A stretch of 64,000 nucleotides of DNA from Felis catus (GCF_018350175.1 NC_058382.1:1302001-1366000), one strand, 5' to 3'; counted from the first letter of the stretch, positions 12,011-27,569 are shown. Translations and numbers: made by a program. Notes: generated by a model from the letters alone, not told the origin.

Positions 12011-13199
12011 AACCATTCTGTTAACATTTTAAGTAATTCACACCTGCTGTTTTCCATGATCCCTTTCCTCACCTATTTTCCCCTATCTACTGACCTTCCA
12101 TCAGTATACAAATAGGGACTAACACCTAGAAGGAAAACTTTCTTGCTTCTATCACCTCCTTAATGCTCTATTCCATTTCCTGATGCTCCAGAATCATCTT
12201 CCTCACTGCCCATCCCAATCAACCTTGCAGCCCACACATTAAATTCCCTCCTCCACTCTCTTTTCCATTCCCCAAATGAAGTCAAGGAAATCCATCTTTC
12301 TTCCAGTGTGAGTAAACTACACATAGCAAAATATATATCCAACAGGAAACAGACACATCCTGTTAGAAATAAAGGTAATATATGGCTTGAGCCCGTTACT
12401 TTGGGATTTTCTTCCTCCTTTATTCAACTCAAAAGATAACCTTCCTAACTCAAGTAAGACTTCTAGAAGCGGCTCCTACTTCAAGTAAGATTTCTTCCAG
12501 CCCTTAAATAGGTTAGAAGTTTCATGCTGTACTCTGTGGATTTCCATGTACTCAGAGCTCAGGGTGAGGAGGAGTCTGGAATCCCTAGGTAAGCCCAACA
12601 GAGAACAGGGTATGGGCACTGAAGAAACCTCAGTAATCTGCGTGGGGTTGTCAAGGTGTCTGGAAAAAAAAACCAAAAACTAACCTGTGCAGGTGCTGGA
12701 TGAGACTTCACAAGGCTGGGCAAAGAACTACTACTGCTGGGGCTGGGAACCGCTGCAGATGGCACAGGCCACACAGTGAGGGTGCTATTAGAACCCTGCA
12801 GGGAACAAAGGCAACAATGACCCCCCTGCTGTTTACACTCAGGTTGCCACCCCATTCTACTACCGCACAAGCGGTTCTCACCCTTTGACTTATCAAGTAT
12901 TTTTCAAGTTTCTGTTTAAAAAGCATTCACCATTGCTTTGGGTAGCTTTCCAGACACCCCTGCGGGAAGCCGCACGGGGGGCGGGGACTTGTCCCGGGTG
13001 GGGCCTTGCTTACATGGACTTAGGCTCAGGGGCAGGTGGGTCTTGGATGCAGCAGGAGCCCACGCTGAGGGTAGGTTCCGCTTGGGGGCTCTCAGTGCAC
13101 CTGTTTCCCTGAGGGAACCTGATTAATTCTTTCCCTCCGCAGACAGACATGCTCATCAGGTCAGCGGGCCAGGTGTGATCTGAGGTCGCATCTGACCGG

Positions 13200-14480
13200 G
13201 GACAGCGTGGGCTGGGCACCGCGGAGATGGAACTTCAGACCCCAAGGTGCCGGTGGGCCCCATGGAAGCTCGGGTGGAGGGCCGGGCAGCGCGGGGGTCC
13301 GGGGACACACCTAGAGGGCGTGGGCACCTCCTCAGAGGCCCCCGAGTCCGAGTTCCCCCTTTCCACCCAAGGGGCTTCCAGGGGGCGCCCGCCCGGGTCC
13401 CGGGAGCGGTGAGGGCCGCGAGCTGCCGCCGAGGGCCCCCCCAAAGGACAGCGGGGAGTTGCGGGCGCGCGCGGACGTTCCTGGGGGTCGGGCTCCTCCC
13501 GACAGGGCTCCCCCGGGGCCCTCAGGCTCTAGGCGCCGGATTTCCGCCGCGGATCCCGGGGGCAAAACACCCCCGCCTCGGGCCGCAGACCTGAGCCGCC
13601 AGCGACGCGTCCGCGCGGCTCGGGGGGAAGAGTGCGCACCTGTGCCCGCCGAGGCCAAATCCCGACCTTTGTGGGCGACCCGCGGGAAGCGCACACAGTG
13701 CCGCCGGGCCTGATCCGGGTCTTTAACTCGTTCTGAGACGCGGGGCCGGGGCGCGTGGGGAGCGGCTCCGGGACTGGGGAGGGGGTAGGCACGTCCAGCA
13801 CTGGGCGCTTCCCCGGGGGAGACCTCCCACGTCGCCCACGACCACCCCGCTCAGCCGAGGGGCGCCCGGGTGCAGGTCGAGCTTCCGCGAGGGGATCGTC
13901 CCGGGGCCTCTCCTCACACCTTCCTAGACGGTGTCTGTACTCTGCGAGCAAACGTGGCCTCGGGCTCCGCGAACCTCGTGCCGAGCGCCACCGTGGGGAC
14001 TACATTACCCATAATTGCCAGTGCCGCGTGCCCAGAGCGTGCAGCCAATGAACGCACAGAAATAGAGGAGTTTCCGCGTGTGGAGCAGAGCTTCGGGGCG
14101 GGACTTCCGGCACTCCTGAGGCTGCAGTCGCTTTGCTTTCGCGCGCAGCCGGGATCTGGGACCTTTAGGAGCGTGCAGTCGGGTCCGTGGTGGTGAGAGC
14201 CAGAAGGCTGTAGGGGTGGGGTTGTCCCTACTGCACAGCAGCTGGTCTGAGGGTCGGAGGCGGTGGTTGACAACTGTGCACGAGTCCCGTCTCTGTCGCC
14301 GACCTCTTAGGACCCCTCTGTACCTACAGAGTCGGATGGCGGCGGCCGCGCCCCGGGACCCGACTCAGGTAAACGCGCGGCCTCCAGGTCCTCCCCGCCC
14401 TTCCTCCACCCAGGCGCTAAAGGCCCGAACACGAGGTGCCTGCTCGCGTCCCTATGGCCCAGGCCCAGGGGTCCGGGTCA
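13200..14480. promoter_or_regulatory. CpG island / ZNF416 promoter
   Basis: Dense CpG; ZNF143-type ACTACATTACCCATAAT at 13999-14015; CCAAT at ~14045; GC box + ETS site GGGGCGGGACTTCCGG at ~14095-14110. Confidence 0.85.
14336..14368 (+). CDS. ZNF416: ZNF416 coding exon 1 (MAAAAPRDPTQ)
   Basis: ATG in a CpG island, typical MAAAA.RDP.Q leader of this ZNF clade, CAG|GTAAAC donor, phase 0. Confidence 0.85.
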
Positions 14481-14507
14481 GTGGGGAGATAATGTGTGAC
14501 GTCCCCA

Positions 14508-14577
14508 TTTCCTTTTCTTTTCTTTTCTTTTCTTTTCTTTTCTTTTCTTTTCTTTTCTTTTCTTTTCTTTTCTTTTC
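14508..14577. repeat. (TTTTC)n pentanucleotide microsatellite in ZNF416 intron 1
   Basis: About 13 near-perfect units. Confidence 0.95.
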
Positions 14578-15013
14578 TGCGTCCCCGTTTCTGAAAGCCA
14601 CCGTTGATGAGATGTGAGAGTGTTATAGGCAGACCGGTTTGCAGGGGCAATTGATCCAGGAGCAAATGCTCCTGTAGTGCCAAGATGAAGAGTTTCAACT
14701 TAATTCTCAGGATGCCGGGAGCCATGGAAGGTTGTGAATAGAAGAGGCACAAGATCTGAATTAGGCTTCTCAAAGTTTTCAAAAAGTTACTCAGAGTTAG
14801 AACAGACCGGAAAGAAGATGATAATTCCGAGGCACAGGGAGTTTGAGTCCTTGGCCAAGGTCACGCAGTTGTAAGAGTCAGCACTGGGGACTGAGGCTCA
14901 GAGAGAATGCAGTCATCCCAGGTCACCTGGCTCCAGGGCCGGGCAGGGGTGCAGGGGAGCCCATGGAGCCCTGCCATGGTTACATCCCTCGGGTGACCCT
15001 CCTCCTTGCACAG

Positions 15014-15052
15014 ATTACCAAGACCAGAGAAGCACTTATGGACTGTAGGAAG
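15014..15052 (+). CDS. ZNF416: ZNF416 short exon 2 (ITKTREALMDCRK)
   Basis: ccttgcacAG acceptor and AAG|GTGAGC donor; 39 nt, in frame; corresponds to the short second exon of this ZNF subfamily. Confidence 0.65.
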
Positions 15053-17043
15053 GTGAGCGAAGGATATCCCAGGCCCTCAATGGTCCTGAGCCCCCATCTT
15101 GGTCTCTGGAATTGTGTCCTGAGTCTCTTTGCCCGCCACTCTTCCACTCTTTTTGGGCCTGGAGACCCAGGGTCATAAATCCAGGCTGGAAGTTATATGG
15201 AGAGGTCCCTATTGCTGGCAACCAATACAGTGAGGTAAAAGATTGTTCCAGACAGAGGTATTGGAATATGTTCATGCTAGGAGGTGAAGGTGTGTTTGTT
15301 CAAGGAACTGCAGTTCCTCTTCTTCTCATGAGAGAGAAGAGAGAACAGAGAGCAGATGGGAAGGGGTCGGGCCTGGAATGGCTCCATGAAAAGTTGGGTG
15401 TCTCTTCTGGAGGTGATGGGGAAAATAGGTTTGGAGCAGAGGAAGGTGATCTGACCTCGGTCTCATCAGGACCCCTGAGGCTGCAGCCTGGAAGAGCGAG
15501 AGCAGATACTCTTGGGGGGCCAGGGATGATGGGAAAAACAGGCAACTTGCAGTCCTTGAGGTGAGTGCTGGTGGTTGTACCAGGGTGCTGGCTGTTGAAG
15601 TGGGAGAGCTGGTTGGATTCTGGATCAGTTTTTAAATTAGGCCTGGCCAGAATTTCAGATTTTGAGAAAGAGAGAGAAAAAGGTAAACAGTTGTAGGGTT
15701 CAGCAGCTGGAAGGGTGGAAACTCCCTTAACCAAGATATTAAGGTTGGTAGAAAGATTAATTCTCACTGGGGAGATGAGTTTTGTTTTTGGCTATCTTAA
15801 GACTCGGAGATGTTTCAGAGAAACATGTGTGGAGAACAATTAGTAGATGGCCACAAAGGTCTGGAACTCTGAGAAGGGGTTCAATAGGGAGACATCCAGA
15901 AGGTGGTGGTGTCTGCACCGGGGGTAGCTTGGGTCCCAATTAGGAGGGGGATCCTTGTCATCATGATAAAGGTATTGGCTGCCCAGCAAGGGGAAGCTGG
16001 GAGCTGTGACTGAGTGTCATGCCTGGGCATCTGGGTGGGGTGCTGGGCCTCATAAACACAGCTGAGGGGGAGAAATGGCTGTGGGAAGGTTGTGGGAGGG
16101 GACAACCTGTCAGGTGGCCAGGGCTTCCACAGGAAGCGTGGACATAAGGGGAATGCGGGCGCACAAGAGTAACTGAGACAAGATGACACTGAGGCCCACA
16201 CTAGTGTTTATTCATACTGCGGACTTACCAGGAATTTATTGTGTCTCTTGGTGTATCCTAGCTGTTTCAGTCAGGCTGGCAAATTAGCACTGGGGCAGAA
16301 GTATCATCTAGGAGCCTCGCTGGGGCTGGGGTAAGAGACCTCCAGGGCTGGGCTTTGACTGCTGGTTTGATGGATAGGAAGGCAGTGACTGGTGAGGGGA
16401 CATCACGTGCACCACGAGTGGAAGGGAGCCCTGGGGACCTGAGGTCTGCAGGTGGTTCTTGGTGGCTGGGGTTGAAGCAAGGAGCAGAACCGGGTGGAGA
16501 GGCCTGCAAGTGGGTTTTGTCCCCTCCGGTAGCAGGGATCAGTGGAAGTCTGGGGTAGCACTGGGTCCTTTTGGAATTTGCCAGACACCACCTGGATGTC
16601 ATAAGCAGGTAATGCCTGCCATTACCAGGGTGATGCTTCTGGGTAGGAGGGGAGAAGTGGTTTCCAGAGCAAGACTATGAGAGAGGTGTGGTGGAAGTAG
16701 TTTCATGGAGAGAGAGCATGAACTGAAGGACCTAGGGCCGTGACTTTGAGGACGTAAGGGTGGAGAGTGAGCCCGTGTTTGGTTGTGTCTCGGAGGCACA
16801 ATCTGGGAGACCCCAGACAAGAGGACGTATGTCCTAATGCCAGGCTCAATATTTAGATGGCACCTCCCTGCCCACATGCCGGTTGTTGCTGTGGGCAGTG
16901 ACAATGATCACGATACTGTGAGAAGAGAGCAGGTCTCTCTGGCTCCAGGACCTGATATGTCTTCCATAGTGGGGACCGCTGGAAGGAGAGGGAGCATGGA
17001 ATGAATGTCGGGGTGAAGAAACTCAGAGTCGTAAAAAAGCTGA

Positions 17044-17370
<327 letters not shown>

Positions 17371-18416
17371 TAAGTCCCATTGCTCCAGGCATTCAGGGAA
17401 GGGTCTAGGATTCAGGAGTCTTGCTGTCAGCCTAACGCACCGGAACCTTGTTTGCGCTCTCCCTGGCAAGATGACTGTGTCCATGGCACCTTGTGTTCCA
17501 AGTGCTTAATTACGGATAGAGTCAGTGGTTTTAATAATACTCATGTTGGTAAAATGTAAAACACAAAGGATAAACCCTAATGTAAACTGTGGACTTTAGT
17601 TAGTAATCATTCCTTTGTCAATGCCTATAAAATGTGAAACACAAAGGGCAAATGATATTGATGTTGGATATGGGGTCCTGGTGGATAGAACAACATTTAG
17701 GTTACAGTAGCCCACCATGAGGTACCCTTTAATTTTTCTAGATTTAAGAACAGGTACAATCGAGTTGTAGGACAGAGGAGTAGTGAGGATACTTATTTAT
17801 TAGATTTTATATAACAAGTTTTAATCCCTGGAGGCCCTGTTTTAACTTACATTGGGCCATATTAACATTTTACCTGGGTTGGAGGTGGGTGGCTATGGGA
17901 TCTCATTTTATTAAGCCCATCTCTGTCAGAGACTTACATTAATTTAAGTGTATTCATCATGTTAGAGCATCTGTGCCCAATATGGGATATTTCTGGGTCT
18001 TAAGACACTGGGAAATTTAGGAAAGGCTAGTGTTCAAATGAGGCATATCTGTTTCTGTTTTATATCTGGTTACTTTCCTGAGTATAGGAGTACAGTGTGT
18101 AAAAGTAGTGGGATTCCCCAGATAACAATTTGAGCCCCAGTAATGATTAGGTTGATGAGGTTTTGGCTTTGGTGCCTTTTAGTAAATGATGTTTAAACCA
18201 CTTTACTGAGGAATTATTGACATGCCAAAAAACTGTATATATTTTATGGATACAATTTGATGGGTTTGGGGATAAGTATATACCCGTAAATATATTACCA
18301 TCAGCAAAGCCATAAACGTATCCATCCCTCCCTAAATTTCCTCCCAACCCTTTATTATTATCTTGATCATTTGTGTGTGAATGTGTGTGTGAGTGTGTTA
18401 GCAAATTTTAAATATA

Positions 18417-18906
18417 CAGTAGTCCCCCCTTACCCATGGTTTCTCTTTCCATGGTTTTAGTTACCCACAGTCCACTGCAGTCTGGAAGTAGATGATCCTC
18501 CTTCTGATGTATCTTCAGGTCAGTAGTAGCCTCACGCTAAGTCACAGTGCTTGTGTCATTCATCTATCCTATCACATAGGCATTTTATCATCTCACATCT
18601 TTACAACAAGAAGGTATGGTAGAGTAAGAAATTTTGAGAGAGACCACATTAACATAACTTTTATTATAGTATATTATTATAGTTGTTCTACTTTCTTATT
18701 ATTATAGTATATTATTGTAATTGTTCTACTTTCTTATTAGCTATTGTTAATTTCTTACTCGGCCTAACTTATACATGAAACTTTATCATAGGTGTGCATG
18801 TATACGAAAAAGTGTAATGTAGACAGAGTTCAGTACTATCCGCAGCTTCACATCTCAACTAGGGATCTTGGAATGTGTATCCCTCAAAGATAAGGGAGAA
18901 CTATTG
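18417..18906. mobile_element. MER44/Tigger7-like DNA transposon
   Basis: Terminal inverted repeats CAGTAGTCCCCCTTACC ... GATAAGGGAGAACTATTG, preceded by TA; internal 38-bp tandem duplication at ~18661-18738. Confidence 0.75.
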
Positions 18907-18929
18907 CACATTACGGTACTGTTAGCTAT

Positions 18930-21425
18930 AAACTGCTGTATAGTAGGTCTCCAGAACTTACTCATGTTAATAATTGAAATTTTGTACCAACACTCCTCCA
19001 TTTCCTCTTTCCCCAAGGCCCCCTTGTCAAGATTAGTTGNNNNNNNNNNNNNNNNNNNNNNNNNNNNNNNNNNNNNNNNNNNNNNNNNNNNNNNNNNNNN
19101 NNNNNNNNNNNNNNNNNNNNNNNNNNNNNNNNNNNNNNNNNNNNNNNNNNNNNNNNNNNNNNNNNNNNNNNNNNNNNNNNNNNNNNNNNNNNNNNNNNNN
19201 NNNNNNNNNNNNNNNNNNNNNNNNNNNNNNNNNNNNNNNNNNNNNNNNNTTTTTCTACTTCTGTGAAAAATGCCCTTGGTATTTTGAAAAGGATTGCATT
19301 GAATCTGTAGATTGCCTTGGGTTGCATGGACATTTTGAGAATGTGAATTCTTTTAANNNNNNNNNNNNNNNNNNNNNNNNNNNNNNNNNNNNNNNNNNNN
19401 NNNNNNNNNNNNNNNNNNNNNNNNNNNNNNNNNNNNNNNNNNNNNNNNNNNNNNNNNNNNNNNNNNNNNNNNNNNNNNNNNNNNNNNNNNNNNNNNNNNN
19501 GGATTGTTTAATTTCTTTTTTGCACAGTTCCTTGTTAGTGTATAAAATGCAAGTGATTTTTGTGTGTTGATTTTGTATCCTGCAACGTAATTTACTGAAT
19601 TAATTTATTTTAACAAGTTTTGATTTTTCTTGCCCAATCACTCTGGCTAGGACTTCCAGTAGCATGTTGAATAGAAGTGGTGAGAGTGGTCATCCTTATC
19701 TTGTTCCCGATCTTCACCAAAAATCTTTCAGCTTTTCACCATTGAGTATGATGTTTGCTGTGGGCCTGTCATATGTGATCTTTATCATGTTGAGGTACAT
19801 TCATTCCTTCCATACCTGACTTGTTGAGAGTTTTTTGTTTATGAAAGGATGCTGAATTTTGTTACATGTTTTTCTATCTTTTGAGATGATGATATGATTT
19901 TTATCCTTTATTTTGTTAATGTAGTATATCACATTTATGGATTTGTGTTTGTTGAACCATCTTTGCACCCCAGAGGTANNNNNNNNNNNNNNNNNNNNNN
20001 NNNNNNNNNNNNNNNNNNNNNNNNNNNNNNNNNNNNNNNNNNNNNNNNNNNNNNNNNNNNNNNNNNNNNNNNNNNNNNNNNNNNNNNNNNNNNNNNNNNN
20101 NNNNNNNNNNTTNNNNNNNNNNNNNNNNNNNNNNNNNNNNNNNNNNNNNNNNNNNNNNNNNNNNNNNNNNNNNNNNNNNNNNNNNNNNNNNNNNNNNNNN
20201 NNNNNNNNNNNNNNNNNNNNNNNNNNNNNNNNNNNNNNNNNNNNNNNNNNNNNNNNNNTCTTTTGGGTGAAGGTTTTGGTTTTGTTTTGTTTTGTTTTTT
20301 AAGGGGGAAGTTTTTGATTACGGACTCAATGTCTTTGTTCATTATCAGTCTGTCTAGATTTCCTATTTTTTCATGATTAAGTCTTAGTAGTTGTATGTTT
20401 TTAGGAATTTATCCATTTCTTCTAGGTTATCCAATTTGTTGATGTATAGTGGTTAATAGTCANNNNNNNNNNNNNNNNNNNNNNNNNNNNNNNNNNNNNN
20501 NNNNNNNNNNNNNNNNNNNNNNNNNNNNNNNNNNNNNNNNNNNNNNNNNNNNNNNNNNNNNNNNNNNNNNNNNNNNNNNNNNNNNNNNNNNNNNNNNNNT
20601 TAGCTTTGATCTTTCCTATTGTCCTTCTAATCTCTATTTTATTTATTTCCACTTTGACCTTTTTAATTTCCATCCTTCTGCTAACATCAGGCTTAGTTCT
20701 TTTCTAGTTCTTTGAGATGTAAAGGTAGAATGTTTACTTAAGATCTTTCATTTTTTCTTAATATAGATATGTATCTGCTATAGCCTTCCCTCTGGAACTT
20801 TTTTTGCTGGATCCCATAAATTTTGGTATATTGTTTGTATTTTCATTTGTCTCAAGATATTTTTTTTTTTATTTAAAAAAAGTGTTTAATGTTTATTTCT
20901 GAGAGAGAGAAAGAGACAGAGCACAAGCAGGGGAGGGGCAGAGAGAGAGGGAGACACAGAATCCAAAGCAGGCCCCAGGTTCTGAGCTGTTAGCACAGAG
21001 CCTGACACAGGGCTCGAACTCACAAACTGCGAGATCATGACCTGAGCCAAAGCCGAATGCCCACCGACTGAGCCACCCAGGAGCCCAAAGATATTTTTTG
21101 ATTTCCCTTTTGATTTAATCTTTGAATCACTGGNNNNNNNNNNNNNNNNNNNNNNNNNNNNNNNNNNNNNNNNNNNNNNNNNNNNNNNNNNNNNNNNNNN
21201 NNNNNNNNNNNNNNNNNNNNNNNNNNNNNNNNNNNNNNNNNNNNNNNNNNNNNNNNNNNNNNNNNNNNNNNNNNTTTTTTAACCTATCATATAATCTATC
21301 CTAGAGAATGTTCCCTGCACTCTTGAGTAGAATGTGTATTCTGCCGTTCATTGGAATGTTCTGCATATGTCTGTTAGCTCCATTTGGTCTGTAGTGTTGT
21401 TCAGGTCCACTACCTTTTCTACCAT
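18930..21425 (-). mobile_element. L1 ORF2 fragments in ZNF416 intron 3, gapped
   Basis: [27 protein letters not shown] and MELTDICRTF are L1 ORF2 motifs on the - strand; interrupted by N runs and a SINE. Confidence 0.85.
20860..21086 (-). mobile_element. CAN-SINE inserted in L1
   Basis: TSD aagatatttttt. Confidence 0.9.
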
Positions 21426-21541
21426 CAATGTTTTGTAAAATGAGAAAACGTCATGTTGTACATAAAGTTTAAAAAAAACAAACATGATTAATACTTTCCC
21501 ACCATCGTCAGCATGACTCATCAGTATTTCTCCTTTTTCAG

Positions 21542-23120
<1,579 letters not shown>

Positions 23121-23692
23121 CACCAGAAAGTCCACATTTGAAAATGGGCTTAGATTTGAAGGAAACATGCCGTCTCCCTGTTCACTCTAATGGCCCTAAA
23201 TAGTTGTGTGAGGGAGCCACATGCCTGAAGTTGAACCTCATACCTCCAAGCATCCAGGGGGGCTAAATATCCCCTCAGTTTATAGGCATGTGTGAGGCTT
23301 ACAGGGGCTGCACTGCCCGGTCCAGACCACCCAGAGCCCTTACCCGAATGCCACCACTGCCAGTTTTTCCAGTAGAAGCCATCCCACTTTACTACCTTGT
23401 ACACTGCTTCATCGGTCACCCCAGTGTGCCTAAGGCAAGGCAAATGTCTATGGCCTCTCCCATTCCCTGGAGGAAATCTTGAGTAGTCTTTGCCCTTACA
23501 GTGATTTCCCTTTTCTGGTTAAGTATGAATATGACTCAGTTTGGGTCAAGAGTGGGCTCTGTTGGAAGCTTGCAGGGAAGGCTTACCTACTTCATGGAAA
23601 TTGTTGGTTTCACATGACACTTGTAATTGATTTTTCTAGTTTTCAGGTCATCAACCAGTAACTATCTACCTCATTGCTCTGGTTTGTGCAGT

Positions 23693-23698
23693 AATAAA
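23693..23698 (+). terminator. Candidate polyadenylation signal of ZNF416
   Basis: AATAAA ~570 nt after the stop, followed by a GT/T-rich tract. Confidence 0.5.
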
Positions 23699-24639
23699 GG
23701 CCTTGTTGTTTAATGTACCTTTAATCTTGGGTGGGGGGGGGTTGTTCACTGTTTGGCGTGGGTGGAAAACAGAATTGTGCTCTGTGGATGTGCTTTTGTG
23801 GGGGTCCCAGCTTTGTGCACCTCAGCAGGGACGACATAAAGACCGAGAGTAGCTCTCATTCCAGTTTTAGCCTACTGTGCATTGCTGCACAAGACCTAGG
23901 AACCAGTGCAGCGCTTCATAGTCCTAATTTGTGGACTCCATACTTGCTGAGACCATAGGACACTCTAAGGAGGGGTCCCTTGTTTTGCCAAGCTCCGGTG
24001 CCTTTAGGAATGGTGTGAATCTATTCTCTTGCTCCTGGAGGGTGCTGTTGAGGGGAAGCTTTTCACCAGGTTCTACAAAGGAGTCAGTGTCCTGATGTTT
24101 ACAATTCTGAAGACTGGCATCACTGTCAGACAACAGGAGCCAGGCTTCAACCATAACTGGTACTAATATTCTTGATGTGATTAATAGGCAGGGGAGGGGC
24201 CTGCAGCAAACCAGATGGTGTATGCCTCTTCTAAAAGTGCATCCTTGCATGTTCCAGTGACTATGCTTGTGAGGAATTCCAGGACCACCACAGCTGTGTG
24301 TCTTCTGTAGCTGAAGTCATTGTTAGAGCAAATAATCTAGAGTTTGTGAATTCTCATTGTCTTCCTGAGCTGTTGCCCTCAAGGGCCGTCCATTGTTCTA
24401 AAGGCAGAGAAATGAAAGAATGGAGATTGTCCATTGGAGTATTAGGTTGTTAAACCTGCTGGTTTCCAAAAAGTGGGCAATTCAGATTTTTTATTTTGAA
24501 CAATTTATTAAGAAGGCTTCACATTCAGCATGGAGCCCAAAGCAGGGCTTGAACTCATGACCCTGATAGCAAGACCTGACCTGAGATCAAGAGTCAGGCG
24601 CTTAACCGACTGAGCCCCCCCCCCAGGCACCCCTGAACT

Positions 24640-25640
24640 ACTTTTTTAGAAATTTTGAGGCATAATTGACATGCAATAATCTATACATATTTAAGGTGTA
24701 CAATTTGAAATTTCTTGTCATACGTATAAACCCATGAAACCACCATAATCATGACAATGAACAACTGTGATGTACCTTTTATAATTTCTCCTTGTTCTTA
24801 CCAGACCTACAGGGATCCAGTGATGTACTGTCTTTAACATATTAGTTTGCATTGTCTAGAATTTACATGAATAGAATCATAAAATGTCTACTCTTTTCTG
24901 ATATTTTCCACAGTGCATAATTATTTTGAGACTCCTCAATGTTGTTTACATGAATGTTTATTTTTTTATTGTTGAATAGTATTCTACTTTATGGATTTGC
25001 CACTGTTTGTTTTATCCATTCATCTGTTAATGGGCGGTTGGATTGTTTCCAGTTTAGTGCTGTTAGAAATAAAGCTTCAGTGAATATAGGCATATGATTC
25101 TTTATATGAATGTGTGTTTTGTTTCTCTTATGCCAGTAAGTCAGAGAATGTGAATGTTTCAGTATTTAAGAAATTGCCAAACTGATCTAAGCTGGTTATA
25201 CCCATCTGTGTTCCACCAATAGTACATAAGCTCCCGTTCCTCCACATTTTGCCAATGCTTGGTATTGTCAGTCTTTTTAAATTTATTTTTTTTAATGCTT
25301 ATTTATTTTCGAGAGAGAGAGAGACAGTTCAAGACAGGGAGGGTCAGAGAAAGGAGAAACCGCAGCAGGCTTCAGGCTCTGAGCCGTCAGCACAGAGCCC
25401 GACACGGGGACTTGAACCCATGAACCATGAGATCATGACCTGAGCCAAAGTCAGATGCTTAACTGACTGAGCCACCCAGGTGCCCCACAGGTCTTTTTAA
25501 ATTTTAGCTGTTTTAACAGGAGTGTAATAGCAACTCACTATGGTTTTAATTGCAGTTCTCTGATGTTTCATGATGTTGAGGATTTTTATGTGTATTTGCC
25601 ACTTGTATAACTTCTTTAATGAAATGACTGTTAACACCAT
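24640..25640 (-). mobile_element. Old L1M 3' region
   Basis: L1 3'UTR / ORF2-end motifs (ttggattgtttccagttt, ccacattttgccaatgcttggtattgtcag). Confidence 0.7.
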
Positions 25641-26429
25641 TTGCTTATTTTTAAACTTTCTAGTTCTATCAGTCCACCCACATTTATTAATTGGAATTTT
25701 ACTATAAGGAAGAGCTGTCCCTTCTGCTTTTATAAACATAGATATATTTTGGTAAATTTAGAATTTCACAAGTAATCAAAACAGTACAAATTAAAATGAG
25801 TAAAAGTTTTTAAACTATTAGAGTGACAAAGATCAAAAAGAATGGAAAACATTCAAACATAGCATAATTTTCCCATTAATTTTATTATCCTGTCATCTAC
25901 CCTGAAGAATTTATGATGTGAATAATCACTCATGTATAACATGGCTTGACAGAAATTAAACGAAGCTTTTCCTTAATGAACTATGTCATTTAATACATTA
26001 AAATTTTGCTATTAAATGTCCAAGTAGCAATAAATAGCGTAAACACTTCTTTCCTACCTCATCCCTTAGAATATTATAATAGTTATAACTTATTAAATAC
26101 ATATAAATCCCTGAATAAGCAATTGATACACATTAATTCACTTAATCCTCAAAATGACCTCCAAAACTAGGTTATTACCATATCCATTTTATAAACTAGG
26201 AAACCAAAGCTCTTTTTACTAGCCCAAAGACTAACAGTTAAGCTTCCGAATCTAAATTCAAATTCAGCTGTGGACTTCAGTCTTTGTGTTAACATTACAC
26301 AGGAAAATATTTCAAGAAATTTTAGACAAACTTGAACATTAGCTTAATATGTAACCTAAAAGGGTGTTAATATTCATATCTGAAGTGTTCCTACTTTGTT
26401 ATAAAGAAAAGTTAAATAAAGTTGTTTTA

Positions 26430-26910
26430 GGGGCACCTGGGTGGCTCAGTTGGTTAAGCGTCCAGCTTCAGCTCAGGTCATGATCTCATGGTTCATGGGT
26501 TTGGGCCCCATGTCGGGCACTGCTGAGGGCTCAGAGCCTGGAGCCTGCTTTGGGTTCTGTGTCTCCCTCCCTCGGCCCCTCCCCTGCTCGTGCTCTGTCT
26601 CTCTTAAAAATAAATAAACATTAAAAAAAAAATTAAAGTGTACAATTGGTGTTTTGATACATGCTGGCTTACCCCCTGAAATCAGAGGTTTCCTCTGCTC
26701 TTTAAAATTTTTTTTAATGTTTATTTATTTTTGAGACAGAGGGCGCATGAACAAGGGAGAGTCAGAGAGAGAGGGAGACAGAATCTGAAGCAGGCTCCAG
26801 ACTCTGAGCTGTCAGCACAGAGCCCGACGCGGGGCTCAAACTCACGGACTGTGAGATCATGACCTGAGCCAAAGTCGGACGCTTAACCAACTGAGCCACC
26901 CAGGCGTCCC
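26430..26910. mobile_element. Inverted pair of CAN-SINEs (26430-26635 +, 26705-26910 -)
   Basis: Tail-to-tail copies ~70 bp apart. Confidence 0.88.
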
Positions 26911-27569
26911 TCCTCTGCTCTTTTTTAACGCATCCTTCCTAACGTAAAAATGATAGACATATTTTACCCTTTGCAATGGATATTTTCAAATATATACATA
27001 AAAGGAAATGTGTCATGAGCTCCATGATCCGAAGCCTAGTCTTTCATCATTGATAAATTCTTGGGTGTTTTGTTTCCTCTATCCCCTCTCACATTACTGG
27101 ATTGTTTTCCTTATAATCCAAACATCTTCTCATTCAGTGCCTAATCTCTTCAGAGTGCATTTCCAAAATGTAAGGACTCATTTATAATCCTAATAACTCT
27201 TTTTCAAACAAAATATTTGAAGTATCATAAAATATATTGTTAGTGCTCTATTTTCTTAATTTTCCTAAAATGTTTGTTCTTTAAGGCATTCAGATCCAAA
27301 ATGGGTCTATATGGCTTTTACTAGATGTCTCTGGTCCCTACTAACTTATAAGAACCACTTCATTGTCTAATTCTTAGACTATATGTTTGTTGAAGTTTCT
27401 CAGTCATTTTTCAGAATTTGCATGTTCTGGATTTGTCAGGGACTTCCTGAACCTGGGAGAGGAAACAGAAATCCAGACCCAGGACGTACAGAGAGCCCCC
27501 ATCAAAATCAACCCAAGGAGGTCCACACCAGAACAGAGTAACTAGAATGGCAAAAAGTGGTGGTAAAGA

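Noticed and set aside
13010-14782. Many overlapping 60-140 aa ORFs (also at 33.6-35 kb, 37-40 kb and 47-48 kb)
   Set aside because: Expected in stop-poor GC-rich DNA; no recognisable domains.
16739-16756. cgtgactttgaggacgt resembles the start of a KRAB-A exon
   Set aside because: The match is under 20 nt, out of frame, has no acceptor and does not continue.
18868-21304. ORFs containing runs of X
   Set aside because: Artefacts of N gaps within L1 fragments.
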